Source: an uncultured Gammaproteobacteria bacterium
GTDB taxonomy: Bacteria > Pseudomonadota > Gammaproteobacteria > GCA-001735895
Reading direction: 5' to 3'
NCBI GenBank assembly: GCA_964488685.1
Contig: CAZAVY010000002.1
Coordinates: 9,716-73,715 of the forward strand
Length of the DNA: 64,000 nucleotides
A program made the position numbers and the translations under genes. Positions 53,402 through 63,464 of the stretch are shown here, piece after piece; position 1 is the first letter of the stretch; every line of letters begins with the position of its first letter. The notes beneath the pieces were generated by a model that was not told the origin of the DNA, did no database searches, and worked only from the letters and a program-made list of their open reading frames with translations.

Positions 53402-53491
53402 GGGTTAACTCCGTAGTAGAGTTATTTCGGAAATAGATTCTAGAAAAATATCGCTCACGAATCTCTTCAGCAAGGTAACTATTTATAACAG

Positions 53492-54217
53492 TCACTGTTG
53501 CCGTTTTTCAATGGCCGTCAACATACCCCGCAAGATATTAATTTCGTTACGGGTCAGCTCGCTGCGCAGATAGAGGCGGCGTAACCGTTGCATGATCAAG
53601 CCCGGTTGTGTTGGATTCAAAAATCCGATCATTTCCAGCACTTGCTGGAGATGTGCGAAATATCCTTCAAGCTCGGAATTAAGCACTGGCAAATCCTGGG
53701 CATCTGGTTCCCTTAAGACCGGTGGCGCATTGTTCAATCGGCGATATATCTCGTAACAAATCACCTGGATCGCCGAGGCCAGGTTAAGCGAACTGAATTC
53801 CGGGTTGCTCGGAATTCGAAGCATGTAGTTACACAGCTGAATTTCCTCATTACTCAAGCCCGAATGTTCACGCCCGAATACCAGTGCGACGCGGGTGGAA
53901 TCATCCAGGGAACTCAATTTGTCCGCAAGCTCGAATGGGTTCAACTCCGGCCAGGAAAGCGTACGTGGGCGCGCGCTGGCCGCCACCACGAATTCACAGT
54001 CCGCAATCGCTTGCGACAAATCAACGCAGTTCTCACGATTTTCGAGCACCGAGTTTGCACCCGAGGCGCGGGCATAGGCGATTTCCCCAACCGGGCATTT
54101 CGGGTCGACCAGTGTCAGCTTACTGAAACACATGTTATTCATCGACCTCGCGGCCGCACCGATATTACCCGGATGCGTAGTGCCGATCATAACTATCTTG
54201 ATGTTTTGCTGTTTCAT
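53492..54217 (-). CDS. trmJ: tRNA (cytidine/uridine-2'-O)-methyltransferase TrmJ (SpoU family)
   Basis: IKIVMIGTTHPGNIGAAARS and LVFGREHSGLSNEE SpoU motifs. suhB/trmJ/iscR synteny. Confidence 0.85.
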   Translation of the reverse strand: MKQQNIKIVMIGTTHPGNIGAAARSMNNMCFSKLTLVDPKCPVGEIAYARASGANSVLENRENCVDLSQAIADCEFVVAASARPRTLSWPELNPFELADKLSSLDDSTRVALVFGREHSGLSNEEIQLCNYMLRIPSNPEFSSLNLASAIQVICYEIYRRLNNAPPVLREPDAQDLPVLNSELEGYFAHLQQVLEMIGFLNPTQPGLIMQRLRRLYLRSELTRNEINILRGMLTAIEKRQQ

Positions 54218-54318
54218 TTACTGGCGCTCCTGTGCCGTCGCCGCATGGTTTACTTCTGGTCTATATCCAGGTCCTTTGTTAGACTGCGCGCCTTTCCCGG
54301 TTCGATGAAATCCCTGTA

Positions 54319-55107
54319 ATGCAACCGATGCTCAATATCGCGATTCGAGCGGCCCGCCATGCGGGGGATTTTATAGTCCGCAAAATCAACAAGCTACCCG
54401 ACTTAAAGGTTGAAGTAAAAGCTAAAAACGACTACGTCAGCGAAGTAGACCGCGAAGCCGAACTACGAATTATCGAAGATCTACTGAAAGCCTATCCCGG
54501 TCACGGTATCGTCGCCGAAGAATCGGGCATTATCGAAGGTCAAGATGAATACCGCTGGATCATCGATCCGCTCGATGGAACTACCAACTACCTGCATGGC
54601 TTTCCACACTACGCGGTTTCGATCGCCTGCGAGCATCGCGGGCGCATGGCGCATGGCGTGATTTACGATCCCTATAAACAGGAATTATTTACCGCCAGTC
54701 GTGGGGACGGCGCCACTTTAAACAATCGACGTATTCGTGTCGCCAATTTGAAAACTACCGAAGGGGCGCTCCTGGCAACCGGTTTCCCGTTTAAACACCC
54801 GGACCAACTCGACCAATTTGTGAAGCTATTCAGTACCTTTTTCACCTCCGCCAGCGATACCCGGCGGGCGGGCTCTGCGGCACTTGATCTGGCATACGTG
54901 GCTGCAGGTCGGCTGGATGGTTACTGGGAATCCGGGCTTAACTCATGGGACCTCGCAGCCGGGACGCTGATCGTTCGGGAAGCGGGCGGTCTGGTTACCG
55001 ATTACAACGGTGATGGAAATTTTCTCGAAAATGGCCAGATCATTGCCGGAAACCCCAGGATAATGGCTGACATGCTGCGTCAGATTCAAAAACAGCTGAA
55101 ACTCTGA
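54319..55107 (+). CDS. suhB: Inositol monophosphatase SuhB
   Basis: WIIDPLDGTTNY and WDLAAG IMPase motifs. Confidence 0.9.
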   Translation: MQPMLNIAIRAARHAGDFIVRKINKLPDLKVEVKAKNDYVSEVDREAELRIIEDLLKAYPGHGIVAEESGIIEGQDEYRWIIDPLDGTTNYLHGFPHYAVSIACEHRGRMAHGVIYDPYKQELFTASRGDGATLNNRRIRVANLKTTEGALLATGFPFKHPDQLDQFVKLFSTFFTSASDTRRAGSAALDLAYVAAGRLDGYWESGLNSWDLAAGTLIVREAGGLVTDYNGDGNFLENGQIIAGNPRIMADMLRQIQKQLKL

Positions 55108-55165
55108 CCGAATAACCTGTTAGAACAGGTTTGAAGGGCGTAACGACCTCCTCAAAATGCGCCGC

Positions 55166-55333
55166 TAGGAGTCTGTCGGACTTAGGGTGTCGTAGCGAGG
55201 GAAAGGCATTTTGAGTCAGATTTTTCTATCGAATGAGGCGAATAGTTACTCATAAATCAACGAATTGGATAGGAAAATCTGGCCAAAATGCCTTTTCCGC
55301 AGTAGATTTATCCTAAATCCGACAGACTCCTAC
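55166..55333 (-). mobile_element. MITE-like 168-bp element, copy 2, inverted relative to copy 1
   Basis: Its reverse complement aligns with 28142..28308 with about 5 mismatches. Same 21-bp TIRs. Lies between convergent suhB and lexA. Confidence 0.7.
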
Positions 55334-55342
55334 GGGTGAGAA

Positions 55343-55942
55343 TTACCGGTAATTCCTTAGCTGGCCCACGAGCACACCGTGGATACTCACCCGCTCAGCA
55401 TGATAAATCATGGGCTCCATTTCCGGGTTTTCCGGAATCAGGGCAATCTGATCTTTGCCGCTGCGCTTGAAACGCTTCAGGGTCGCCTCGGCTTTGTCGA
55501 TCATTGCGACGACTATATCCCCATCGTTGGCAACCGGCTGTTTTTTGATAATGACGTAATCCTCATCGAGTATGCCGATATTAATCATTGAATCCCCGGT
55601 TACGCGCAAGGCAAACAATTCAGGGCCCATGAACATTTCTGCAAGATTCAACTCCTGTTGATCTTCAATCGCTTCAATCGGCAAACCGGCTGCAATCTTT
55701 CCGGCAAGTGGAATAGTCGGGGGACTGACCAGGGGTAATTCGACCAGACTCATACCGCGTGAATTGCCCTTGACACGGTCGATATATCCCTTGTCTTCCA
55801 GTGACTGTACATAGCGATGAATCGTGCCATGGGAAGTTACGCCGATAGCGACCCCGATTTCCTTGAACCTGGGCGCAAATCCATGTTGTGCTAGGTAGTG
55901 ACGAATAAACTGTAACGTGTTTTGTTCCTGTGTTGTCAGCAT
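55343..55942 (-). CDS. lexA: LexA repressor
   Basis: N-terminal wHTH, cleavage-site region AAG and an S24 peptidase C-terminal domain. 199 aa. Confidence 0.9.
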   Translation of the reverse strand: MLTTQEQNTLQFIRHYLAQHGFAPRFKEIGVAIGVTSHGTIHRYVQSLEDKGYIDRVKGNSRGMSLVELPLVSPPTIPLAGKIAAGLPIEAIEDQQELNLAEMFMGPELFALRVTGDSMINIGILDEDYVIIKKQPVANDGDIVVAMIDKAEATLKRFKRSGKDQIALIPENPEMEPMIYHAERVSIHGVLVGQLRNYR

Positions 55943-56006
55943 TCTGCCTGGCTCTTCTCATTTTATTCTCAGCGAGTGTAGAGAATATAACGAGAACTTG
56001 CAAGCT

Positions 56007-57485
56007 TTACGAAGAACAACTGAGATCAAGATGCTGCGCCCATTCGGGCGGTACCCCGGCATAGGCTTCAAACTCGGTTTGCTCATCGTAGGGATTCTGC
56101 AGCACGGAAAAAAGGGTTTTCACTTCGTTGAAGTCATCAGTTTCCGCAGCCGCGATGGCCTGTTGGGCGAGATAATTACGCAACACAAACTTCGGATTAG
56201 TCATCAGCATATTTTGATGCCTGATTTCGGTTTCCACCAGCTGATCCCTGATCCTGGTCCGATAATCCCGCAACCAGTCATCAAAACCGTCGCGATCGAC
56301 AAACATGTCGCGCAGATACCCGCAGTCTCCCGTCTCATCGAATCGACTTAGGGCACGGAAGAAATGAGTGAAATCGACCTGACCTTCCATAATAGCGAAC
56401 AGCCTCGAGATCAATTTTTCGTCGCCGTCACGAAAGGCATCCAGACCCAGTTTGGACGCCATTCCCTGATAATAGTGCGCAAGATAGGTAGGCTGATAAT
56501 CAGCCAGCAATTGTTTCGCCATTTCCGCAGCCTGTTCCCCGCTCTCCGGGTCGATCAACGGCAGCATCGCCTGTGCCAGGCAGGACAGGTTAAACAGGCC
56601 GACACGGGGTTGTTGGTCGTAAGCGTAACGTCCAAGCTCGTCGGAATGATTACAGACAAAACCGGAATGGTAAGTATCGAGGAAACCAAAAGGACCGTAG
56701 TCGATGGTCAACCCCAGCAGCGACATATTGTCAGAATTGAGAACTCCATGGGTAAACCCGACCAGTTGCCACTGAGCTACCAGTCGCGCGGTGCGCTCGA
56801 TAACCTGGCGCAGCAGTTCCAGGTAAGGGTTCTCTTCGGCACTACAGTCGGCATAGAAATGCTCGATCAGGAAATCGGCAAGAAATTTGAGCTCGGCATA
56901 TTGTTGGCGGTAGAAAAAAACCTCGAAATTTCCAAAACGCAGGTGACTCTGAGCCACGCGGGTCAGGATAGCAGCGGTTTCGGATTTTTCACGGTAAACC
57001 GGATCTTTGCTCCCGGTGACGCATAGGGCACGAGTGGTAGGAATCCCGAGTGCCGCAATCGCTTCGCTGCAAAGAAATTCGCGAATTGTCGAACGCAATA
57101 CTGCGCGCCCGTCACCCATGCGTGAAAACGGTGTCAATCCTGCACCCTTCAACTGGATCTCCCAGTCCAGGCCGTCATTACCGCTAACTTCACCTATCAT
57201 CAATGCGCGCCCGTCACCTAACTGGGGAACGTACTGGCCAAATTGATGACCTGCGTAAATCATCGCGATTGGGTCGTCGCCCTCTACAATCGTATTACCG
57301 CTGAATAATTCGATCAGTTGCTGATTCTGGAACAGGAGCGGGTCGATATCGAGTAACTCGGCAACCGCGGGACTAAACGCCACCAGGTAGGGGTTACTCA
57401 ATGCCTGTGGCCTAACCCGACGATAGAAATTTTCGGGTAACTGGGAGACACGGGTATGAGTGTTCAGCTGCGGTAGAATCGACAC
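56007..57485 (-). CDS. selO: Protein adenylyltransferase SelO (YdiU/UPF0061)
   Basis: Typical SelO sequence over 492 aa (GHQFGQYVPQLGDGRA, GVLNSDNMSLLGLTIDYGPFGF). Confidence 0.9.
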   Translation of the reverse strand: MSILPQLNTHTRVSQLPENFYRRVRPQALSNPYLVAFSPAVAELLDIDPLLFQNQQLIELFSGNTIVEGDDPIAMIYAGHQFGQYVPQLGDGRALMIGEVSGNDGLDWEIQLKGAGLTPFSRMGDGRAVLRSTIREFLCSEAIAALGIPTTRALCVTGSKDPVYREKSETAAILTRVAQSHLRFGNFEVFFYRQQYAELKFLADFLIEHFYADCSAEENPYLELLRQVIERTARLVAQWQLVGFTHGVLNSDNMSLLGLTIDYGPFGFLDTYHSGFVCNHSDELGRYAYDQQPRVGLFNLSCLAQAMLPLIDPESGEQAAEMAKQLLADYQPTYLAHYYQGMASKLGLDAFRDGDEKLISRLFAIMEGQVDFTHFFRALSRFDETGDCGYLRDMFVDRDGFDDWLRDYRTRIRDQLVETEIRHQNMLMTNPKFVLRNYLAQQAIAAAETDDFNEVKTLFSVLQNPYDEQTEFEAYAGVPPEWAQHLDLSCSS

Positions 57486-57590
57486 CTACGGATATTGGTA
57501 AATGGTAAAACAGGAATTATAGTTAAATTCGATCAAGAAATACCCCGCACAATGCGGGGCCTTTAACGCTCGTTAAAATCTATTATTTAT

Positions 57591-59543
57591 TCAGGCCAAT
57601 TTATTCAGGCGGTTATCGATCAGGTTTTCGACCACGCCGGGATCGGCCAGAGTCGAGGTATCGCCCAGATTATCGACGTCATTCGCCGCTACTTTGCGCA
57701 AAATACGGCGCATGATTTTTCCGGACCGGGTTTTCGGTAACCCCGGCGCCCATTGAATAATATTAAGCTTCGCAAACGGTCCGATTTCAGTGCGTACCAT
57801 GCCCACCAGTTCCTGTTTCAATTCGTCATTACCCTGTTCGCCGGCCATCAGCGTCACGTAAGCGTAAATGCCCTGGCCGGTAATATCGTGCGGGTAACCC
57901 ACGACTGCAGATTCGGCTACTTTGGGGTGCTTGACCAGTGCAGATTCGATTTCCGCGGTGCCAAGACGATGCCCGGAGACATTGAGAACATCGTCTACGC
58001 GACCGGTAATCCAGTAATACCCATCTTCATCTCGACGGGCACCGTCACCGGTAAAGTAAAACCCTTTATATAACGCGAAATAGGTTTCGTAAAAGCGTTT
58101 ATGATCACCGAAAATCGAACGCATCATCGATGGCCAGGGTGCACGCATTGCAAGATTACCCGCCGCCGGATTACCCTCGATCTCGTTGCCCCCGTCATCC
58201 AGTAGCACGGGTTGGGCACCAAAAAAAGGGAAAGTTGCCGAGCCCGGCCTGGTTGGGGTGGCACCGGGTAAGGGCGTTATCATGTGAGCACCGGTTTCGG
58301 TTTGCCACCAGGTATCGACAATCGGGCAACGACCGTCGCCAACCACATTGTAATACCAGAGCCAGGCCTCAGGATTGATCGGTTCGCCGACGGTGCCGAG
58401 TAAACGCAACGATTGGCGCGATGTTCGCTTAACCGGTTCATCTCCGGCACCCATCAGGGCTCGAATCGCGGTCGGAGCGGTATAAAAAATCGAAACCTTG
58501 TGTTTGTCGCAAACCTGCCAGAAACGGGAAAGGTCGGGATAGGTTGGTATGCCTTCAAACATTAAGGTGGTAGCGCCGTTAGCCAGCGGGCCATATACGA
58601 TATAGGTGTGCCCGGTAACCCAGCCAACGTCGGCGGTACACCAGTAGACTTCACCATCTTTGTAATCAAATACAAGCTTGTGGGTCATGGCGGCCTGTAG
58701 CAAGTAGCCACCGGTGGTATGCAATACGCCCTTGGGTTTTCCGGTTGAGCCCGAGGTATATAGGATGAACAGCGGATCTTCCGCATTCATCATTTCTGGT
58801 TCGCAATCCGGCGAAGCCGAAGCCATGGCTTCGTGGTACCAGACATCACGACCTTCTTCCCCGGCCACGGGCTCGCCACCATGCTGCACCACGATCACAG
58901 TCTTGACATCGGCACACTGGTCGACCGCTTCGTCGGCGTTTGCCTTCAATGGCACCCGCTTCCCACCCCGTATCGACTGATCGGCAGTGATCACCACCCG
59001 GCAATCAGAATCCTGGATACGATCACGTAACGCGTCGGGTGAAAATCCACCGAACACGACCGAGTGCATTGCACCGATGCGGGTGCAGGCCAGCATCGCA
59101 ACCGCGGCTTCGGGGATCATCGGCATATAAATCGAAACCCGATCCCCCCGCTTGACGCCCCGGGTTTTCAATACATTGGAAAATTTACACACTTCCTGGT
59201 GCAACTCGGCATAGGTTATCTTGCGATCCTTTGCCGGGTCATCCGACTCCCAGATAATCGCAACCTGGTCGGCACGAGTCGCCAGGTGGCGGTCCAGGCA
59301 GTTGTAACAAACATTGAGTTCGGCACCTTCAAACCATTTGATATGCAAATCATCGGCATCGAAACTCCAGTCACAAACCGAATTCCAGGGTTTAAACCAC
59401 GACAGGTAGTTTTCAGCCTGCTGCGACCAGAATCCTTCCGGATCTTCGACCGATTGCTGATACATATCTTTGTACTGAGTCGCCGTTATGTTGGCCTTTG
59501 CGGCGAATTCGGCTGGAGCGGGATAGGTTTTGCTGTCTGACAT
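57591..59543 (-). CDS. acs: Acetyl-CoA synthetase
   Basis: [14 protein letters not shown]-binding motif. 650 aa with the typical Acs N-terminus. Confidence 0.95.
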   Translation of the reverse strand: MSDSKTYPAPAEFAAKANITATQYKDMYQQSVEDPEGFWSQQAENYLSWFKPWNSVCDWSFDADDLHIKWFEGAELNVCYNCLDRHLATRADQVAIIWESDDPAKDRKITYAELHQEVCKFSNVLKTRGVKRGDRVSIYMPMIPEAAVAMLACTRIGAMHSVVFGGFSPDALRDRIQDSDCRVVITADQSIRGGKRVPLKANADEAVDQCADVKTVIVVQHGGEPVAGEEGRDVWYHEAMASASPDCEPEMMNAEDPLFILYTSGSTGKPKGVLHTTGGYLLQAAMTHKLVFDYKDGEVYWCTADVGWVTGHTYIVYGPLANGATTLMFEGIPTYPDLSRFWQVCDKHKVSIFYTAPTAIRALMGAGDEPVKRTSRQSLRLLGTVGEPINPEAWLWYYNVVGDGRCPIVDTWWQTETGAHMITPLPGATPTRPGSATFPFFGAQPVLLDDGGNEIEGNPAAGNLAMRAPWPSMMRSIFGDHKRFYETYFALYKGFYFTGDGARRDEDGYYWITGRVDDVLNVSGHRLGTAEIESALVKHPKVAESAVVGYPHDITGQGIYAYVTLMAGEQGNDELKQELVGMVRTEIGPFAKLNIIQWAPGLPKTRSGKIMRRILRKVAANDVDNLGDTSTLADPGVVENLIDNRLNKLA

Positions 59544-59771
59544 GGCGTCTTCCTCGAGAATTCAATTATTAGATTTCTTCGTGAGCCTGGATATGCTTAC
59601 ATAAACGCTGGCCAGCGACAAGATGTCCGCTCGCTACTCATACACCAGGCAAATATAATGAATCGCATATCAACAGAAAATTCAATCCTGTTGACCTGAT
59701 CGCAACAATAAGTAACATTCGTTCAAAGTTGCAGTAACCAGGGGTAACACTATGTCCTTATTTTCATCTGA

Positions 59772-60383
59772 TCTGCGCCCGATGAATATCCGGCGGAAAA
59801 TCTGGATCTTCGGCAAGTCGCTCATGAAGCCATCAACCTGGTATCACTCAGTCATGCCGGAAAACAAATGCAATATGACAACCGCTGCAGAATGGGGATT
59901 ATGGTTACCGGGTTCGCTCAAAAACTGGTACAGGTCTTTGTCAACCTGCTAAGCAATGCCACCGATGCCTGCGAACGCGGTAGCAATTTCAGGTTACTGG
60001 CCGACTCCATACTGGCCAGGACGGCACAACGCAGTCATCGAAAAATAATGTTTTTCGACGAACAAGCATACACCCAGATGTTTCATTACCAATGGTCGGG
60101 GAACGTGCGTGAACCGGAAAATGTTATCGAACGAGCGGTGATCCTGAGACAACAGGGTAATATCGAAGCCAGTAACCTGGCGTTGAATAATCTCGCAACC
60201 GGTCATCAACTTCCTCTGTACGAACTCGAGAACCGTCTATCGCTGGGCGACCACATCGTTAGCTTTGTGAAAAAATATCAACCCCGATACAACGAAACCC
60301 AACTCGCGGGCATGCTTGGCATCAGCCGCAAAAACCTGTGGGAGAAAAGACAACGCCTTCAGATTCCGTCCCGCAAGCAATGA
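59772..60383 (+). pseudogene. Remnant of a sigma54-type two-component pair: histidine-kinase N-box fragment fused in-frame to the C-terminus of an NtrC-like activator (Fis-type HTH)
   Basis: DLRQVAHEAINLVSL...LVQVFVNLLSNATDA (HATPase N-box) is followed directly by YQWSGNVREPENVIERAVIL and the HTH QLAGMLGISRKNLWEKRQRL. There is no H-box, no receiver and no AAA+ core. Confidence 0.45.
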
Positions 60384-60401
60384 ACAATCTGGAGTCTCTC
60401 G

Positions 60402-62141
60402 ATGCTTAATTCGGACAAAGGTTTGTCGAACCGGATCGCTCGTACAATTCTTGATGGCTTCGATCGACACTTCACCATCTTCAGCAATATAACCAGGGGC
60501 GCCAGGCAGCGTTTCGAAAATGCCGACTGGGAAGGCGAGCGCAAGGCATCGCGAGAACGTATAGAATTTTACGATATTCGGGTCAAGGATTCGATTCGCG
60601 ATCTGCAAAAACTGTTTGACTTCGACCTGTTCGACAGCCCGCTCTGGTTTGCCGTCAAACGGGAATACGTCCTGTTGATCAGCAATCACCTGCAACCCGA
60701 ACTGGCGGAATCATTTTACAACTCGGTTTTCTGCGCCCTGTTTCATCGTGATTACTTCGGCAACGATTACATTTTCGTACGCAGCTCGGTTTCGACCGAG
60801 TACATCGATTCCGAGAAACCTTCCTATCACGTTTATTATCCGGCAAAGCGTGGCCTGCGAGCTTCGATAAAACAGGTTTTGCTCGACAGCCTGTTCAACC
60901 TGCCATTCGAGGATATCGATCGCGACGTACGCAATATTACCTACGCCTTGATCAAGCAGGCTTTCACTCGACCGCGCCGCGCGCATCTCAATTTCCAGTT
61001 TCAGGTGATCAGTAGCGTCTTTTATCGCAACAAGGCAGCCTATATCGTCGGTAGAGCTATTAATTCTAACAAAGAGTACCCTTTCGCGATCCCGATTTTA
61101 CATAGCACGGGTAACTCCGTTTATTGCGATGCAATAATAATCGGCAAGCAGGGGCTGACGCGCCTGTTCGAATTTTCTTATATTTACTTTATGGTCGATC
61201 ACCCGGTTCCATCTTCGATAATCACCTTCTTGCGCAAATTGATGCCAACCCGCAGCAAGGAATCATTTTATTCATCGATCGGCTTGCATAAACAGGGCAA
61301 GACGGTTTTTTACCGCGATTTTCTGCATCATCTGAAACACTCGGAAGACGAACTGATTTTCGCGCCCGGAATCAAGGGCATGGTAATGGCCGTTTTCACG
61401 CTGCCGTCTTACCCCTACGTATTCAAGGTAATTCGCGATCGATTTCCGCCTCCGAAAAAAACCACTCGCCAGGAAGTACTGGATACCTACCGCCTGGTCA
61501 AAATGCACGATCGAGTCGGGCGTATGTCCGACATCCTGGAATATTCACATGTGGCCTTGCCACGTGCCCGTTTTTCCGAGGACTTGCTCGAGGAGCTATA
61601 CCAAACCTGCACCCACAGTGTCTCCGAGGAAGGAGATCAGATCGTTATCAAGCACATGTATATAGAACGGCGCATGACCCCGTTAAACCTGGCGGTTTTA
61701 GAGGCTGACGACAGATACCTGGAACGCCTCATGAAAGGCTACGGTGAAGCGATCAAGGAACTGGCGGCGGCGAATATCTTCCCCGGGGATTTGCTGATGA
61801 AAAACTTCGGCGTTACCGGCCAGGGTCAGGGGCGCGTCGTGTTTTACGACTACGATGAAATCTGCTACCTGACCGAATGTAATTTCCGCGAAATACCCGA
61901 GGCGCTGTCCCCGGAAGATGAAATGGCCGCGGAACCCTGGTACAGCATTGCCGCCAACGACATCTTTCCGGAACAGTTCGCAACCTTCCTGTTCGCTAAC
62001 AATCGCATACGCCAGGCGTTTTTAAAATCCCACCGCGATTTACTTAAAGCTGATTTCTGGATTCAGAAGCAGCAAAACATCAAGGCCGGAATATACGAAG
62101 ACGTTTTCCCCTACCCTCAAAAAATTCGCTTCAATCGGTGA
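60402..62141 (+). CDS. aceK: Isocitrate dehydrogenase kinase/phosphatase
   Basis: Strong match to AceK over 579 aa (LFYRNKAAYIVGR, GIKGMVMAVFTLPSYPYVFKVIRDRFPP, NIFPGDLLMKNFGVT, VVFYDYDEICY). Confidence 0.9.
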   Translation: MLNSDKGLSNRIARTILDGFDRHFTIFSNITRGARQRFENADWEGERKASRERIEFYDIRVKDSIRDLQKLFDFDLFDSPLWFAVKREYVLLISNHLQPELAESFYNSVFCALFHRDYFGNDYIFVRSSVSTEYIDSEKPSYHVYYPAKRGLRASIKQVLLDSLFNLPFEDIDRDVRNITYALIKQAFTRPRRAHLNFQFQVISSVFYRNKAAYIVGRAINSNKEYPFAIPILHSTGNSVYCDAIIIGKQGLTRLFEFSYIYFMVDHPVPSSIITFLRKLMPTRSKESFYSSIGLHKQGKTVFYRDFLHHLKHSEDELIFAPGIKGMVMAVFTLPSYPYVFKVIRDRFPPPKKTTRQEVLDTYRLVKMHDRVGRMSDILEYSHVALPRARFSEDLLEELYQTCTHSVSEEGDQIVIKHMYIERRMTPLNLAVLEADDRYLERLMKGYGEAIKELAAANIFPGDLLMKNFGVTGQGQGRVVFYDYDEICYLTECNFREIPEALSPEDEMAAEPWYSIAANDIFPEQFATFLFANNRIRQAFLKSHRDLLKADFWIQKQQNIKAGIYEDVFPYPQKIRFNR

Positions 62142-62159
62142 GCGATACTGGCAGAAAAG

Positions 62160-63464
62160 CTAGAACTGATCTTCCTCGGTAGACCCGGACATGGCTGTGA
62201 CCGAAGAAGCACCGCCTTGAATCGTGGTAGTCACGTCGTCGAAGTAACCAGCGCCAACTTCCTGCTGATGCGAAACAAAACTATACCCCTTGTCGGCTGC
62301 GGCAAATTCAGGCTCCTGCACCTTTTCGACGTAGTGCTTCATACCTTCGCCACGGGCGTAATCGTAGGCCAGGTCGAACATATGGTACCACATGCTATGA
62401 ATGCCGGCGAGCGTGATGAACTGGAACTTGTAACCCATTTCGGCAATCTTATCCTGAAATTCGGCGATGGTTTTATCGTCGAGGTTTTTCTTCCAGTTAA
62501 ACGATGGCGAGCAGTTGTAGGCCAATAATTTTCCGGGATGCGCCGCGCGCACCGCCTCGGCCCATTCACGTGCAAAACCCAGGTCCGGGGTACCGGTCTC
62601 ACACCAGACCATATCGGCGTACCTGGCATAAGACACCCCGCGGGAAATTGCCTGTTCCAGTCCATTTTTTACGCAGTAAAATCCTTCATCGGTACGCTCG
62701 CCGGTAACAAATGGTTTATCATTTTCATCCACATCCGATGTTAGCAGGTTAGCGGCTTCGGAATCGGTACGCGCCAGCAAAACCGTGGGCACGCCCATGA
62801 CATCAGCAGCCAGGCGCGCAGCAATCAGTTTTTGCACCGCTTCCTGGGTCGGAATTAATACCTTGCCGCCCATATGCCCGCATTTCTTGACCGCAGCCAG
62901 TTGATCTTCGAAGTGCACGCCACCGGCACCGGCGACTATCATGTTCTTCATCAGTTCAAAAGCGTTCAGAACACCGCCAAATCCAGCTTCGGCATCGGCA
63001 ACGATCGGTAGAAAATAGTCGACGTAATTGTCATCACCGGGGTTCACCCCACGGCTCCACTGAATTTCATCGGCGCGTCGGAAGGTATTATTGATACGGC
63101 GCACCATGGTGGGGACCGAATCGTATGCGTAGAGCGACTGGTCGGGGTACATGGTTTCCGAAGTATTGCCATCGGCCGCGACCTGCCAGCCTGAAAGGTA
63201 AATCGCCTCGATACCGGCCTTAGCCTGTTGCATCGCCTGACCACCGGTAATCGCACCCATGCTGTTGACATAGCCTTTTCTGGCGCCACCGTTGACCTGC
63301 CCCCAAAGCTTGCCGGCAGCCATACGCGCAAGCGTATTTTCGGGTTGAATCGAACCGCGCAAACGCACCACATCTTCGGCACTATAGCCCCGCGTTACAT
63401 TGCTCCAGCGTGAATTTTGTTGCCACTCTTTTTCCAGAGCGGCGATTTGCTCGTTTCTTGTCAT
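62160..63464 (-). CDS. aceA: Isocitrate lyase
   Basis: Typical ICL sequence including the KKCGH catalytic motif. 434 aa. Confidence 0.95.
   Translation of the reverse strand: MTRNEQIAALEKEWQQNSRWSNVTRGYSAEDVVRLRGSIQPENTLARMAAGKLWGQVNGGARKGYVNSMGAITGGQAMQQAKAGIEAIYLSGWQVAADGNTSETMYPDQSLYAYDSVPTMVRRINNTFRRADEIQWSRGVNPGDDNYVDYFLPIVADAEAGFGGVLNAFELMKNMIVAGAGGVHFEDQLAAVKKCGHMGGKVLIPTQEAVQKLIAARLAADVMGVPTVLLARTDSEAANLLTSDVDENDKPFVTGERTDEGFYCVKNGLEQAISRGVSYARYADMVWCETGTPDLGFAREWAEAVRAAHPGKLLAYNCSPSFNWKKNLDDKTIAEFQDKIAEMGYKFQFITLAGIHSMWYHMFDLAYDYARGEGMKHYVEKVQEPEFAAADKGYSFVSHQQEVGAGYFDDVTTTIQGGASSVTAMSGSTEEDQF

Noticed and set aside
55108-55135. Perfect palindrome aacctgt-taga-acaggtt just after suhB, as a possible terminator.
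   Set aside because: It is a hairpin-former, but no U-run follows on either strand. I did not call it an intrinsic terminator. It may still act as an RNA-stability element.
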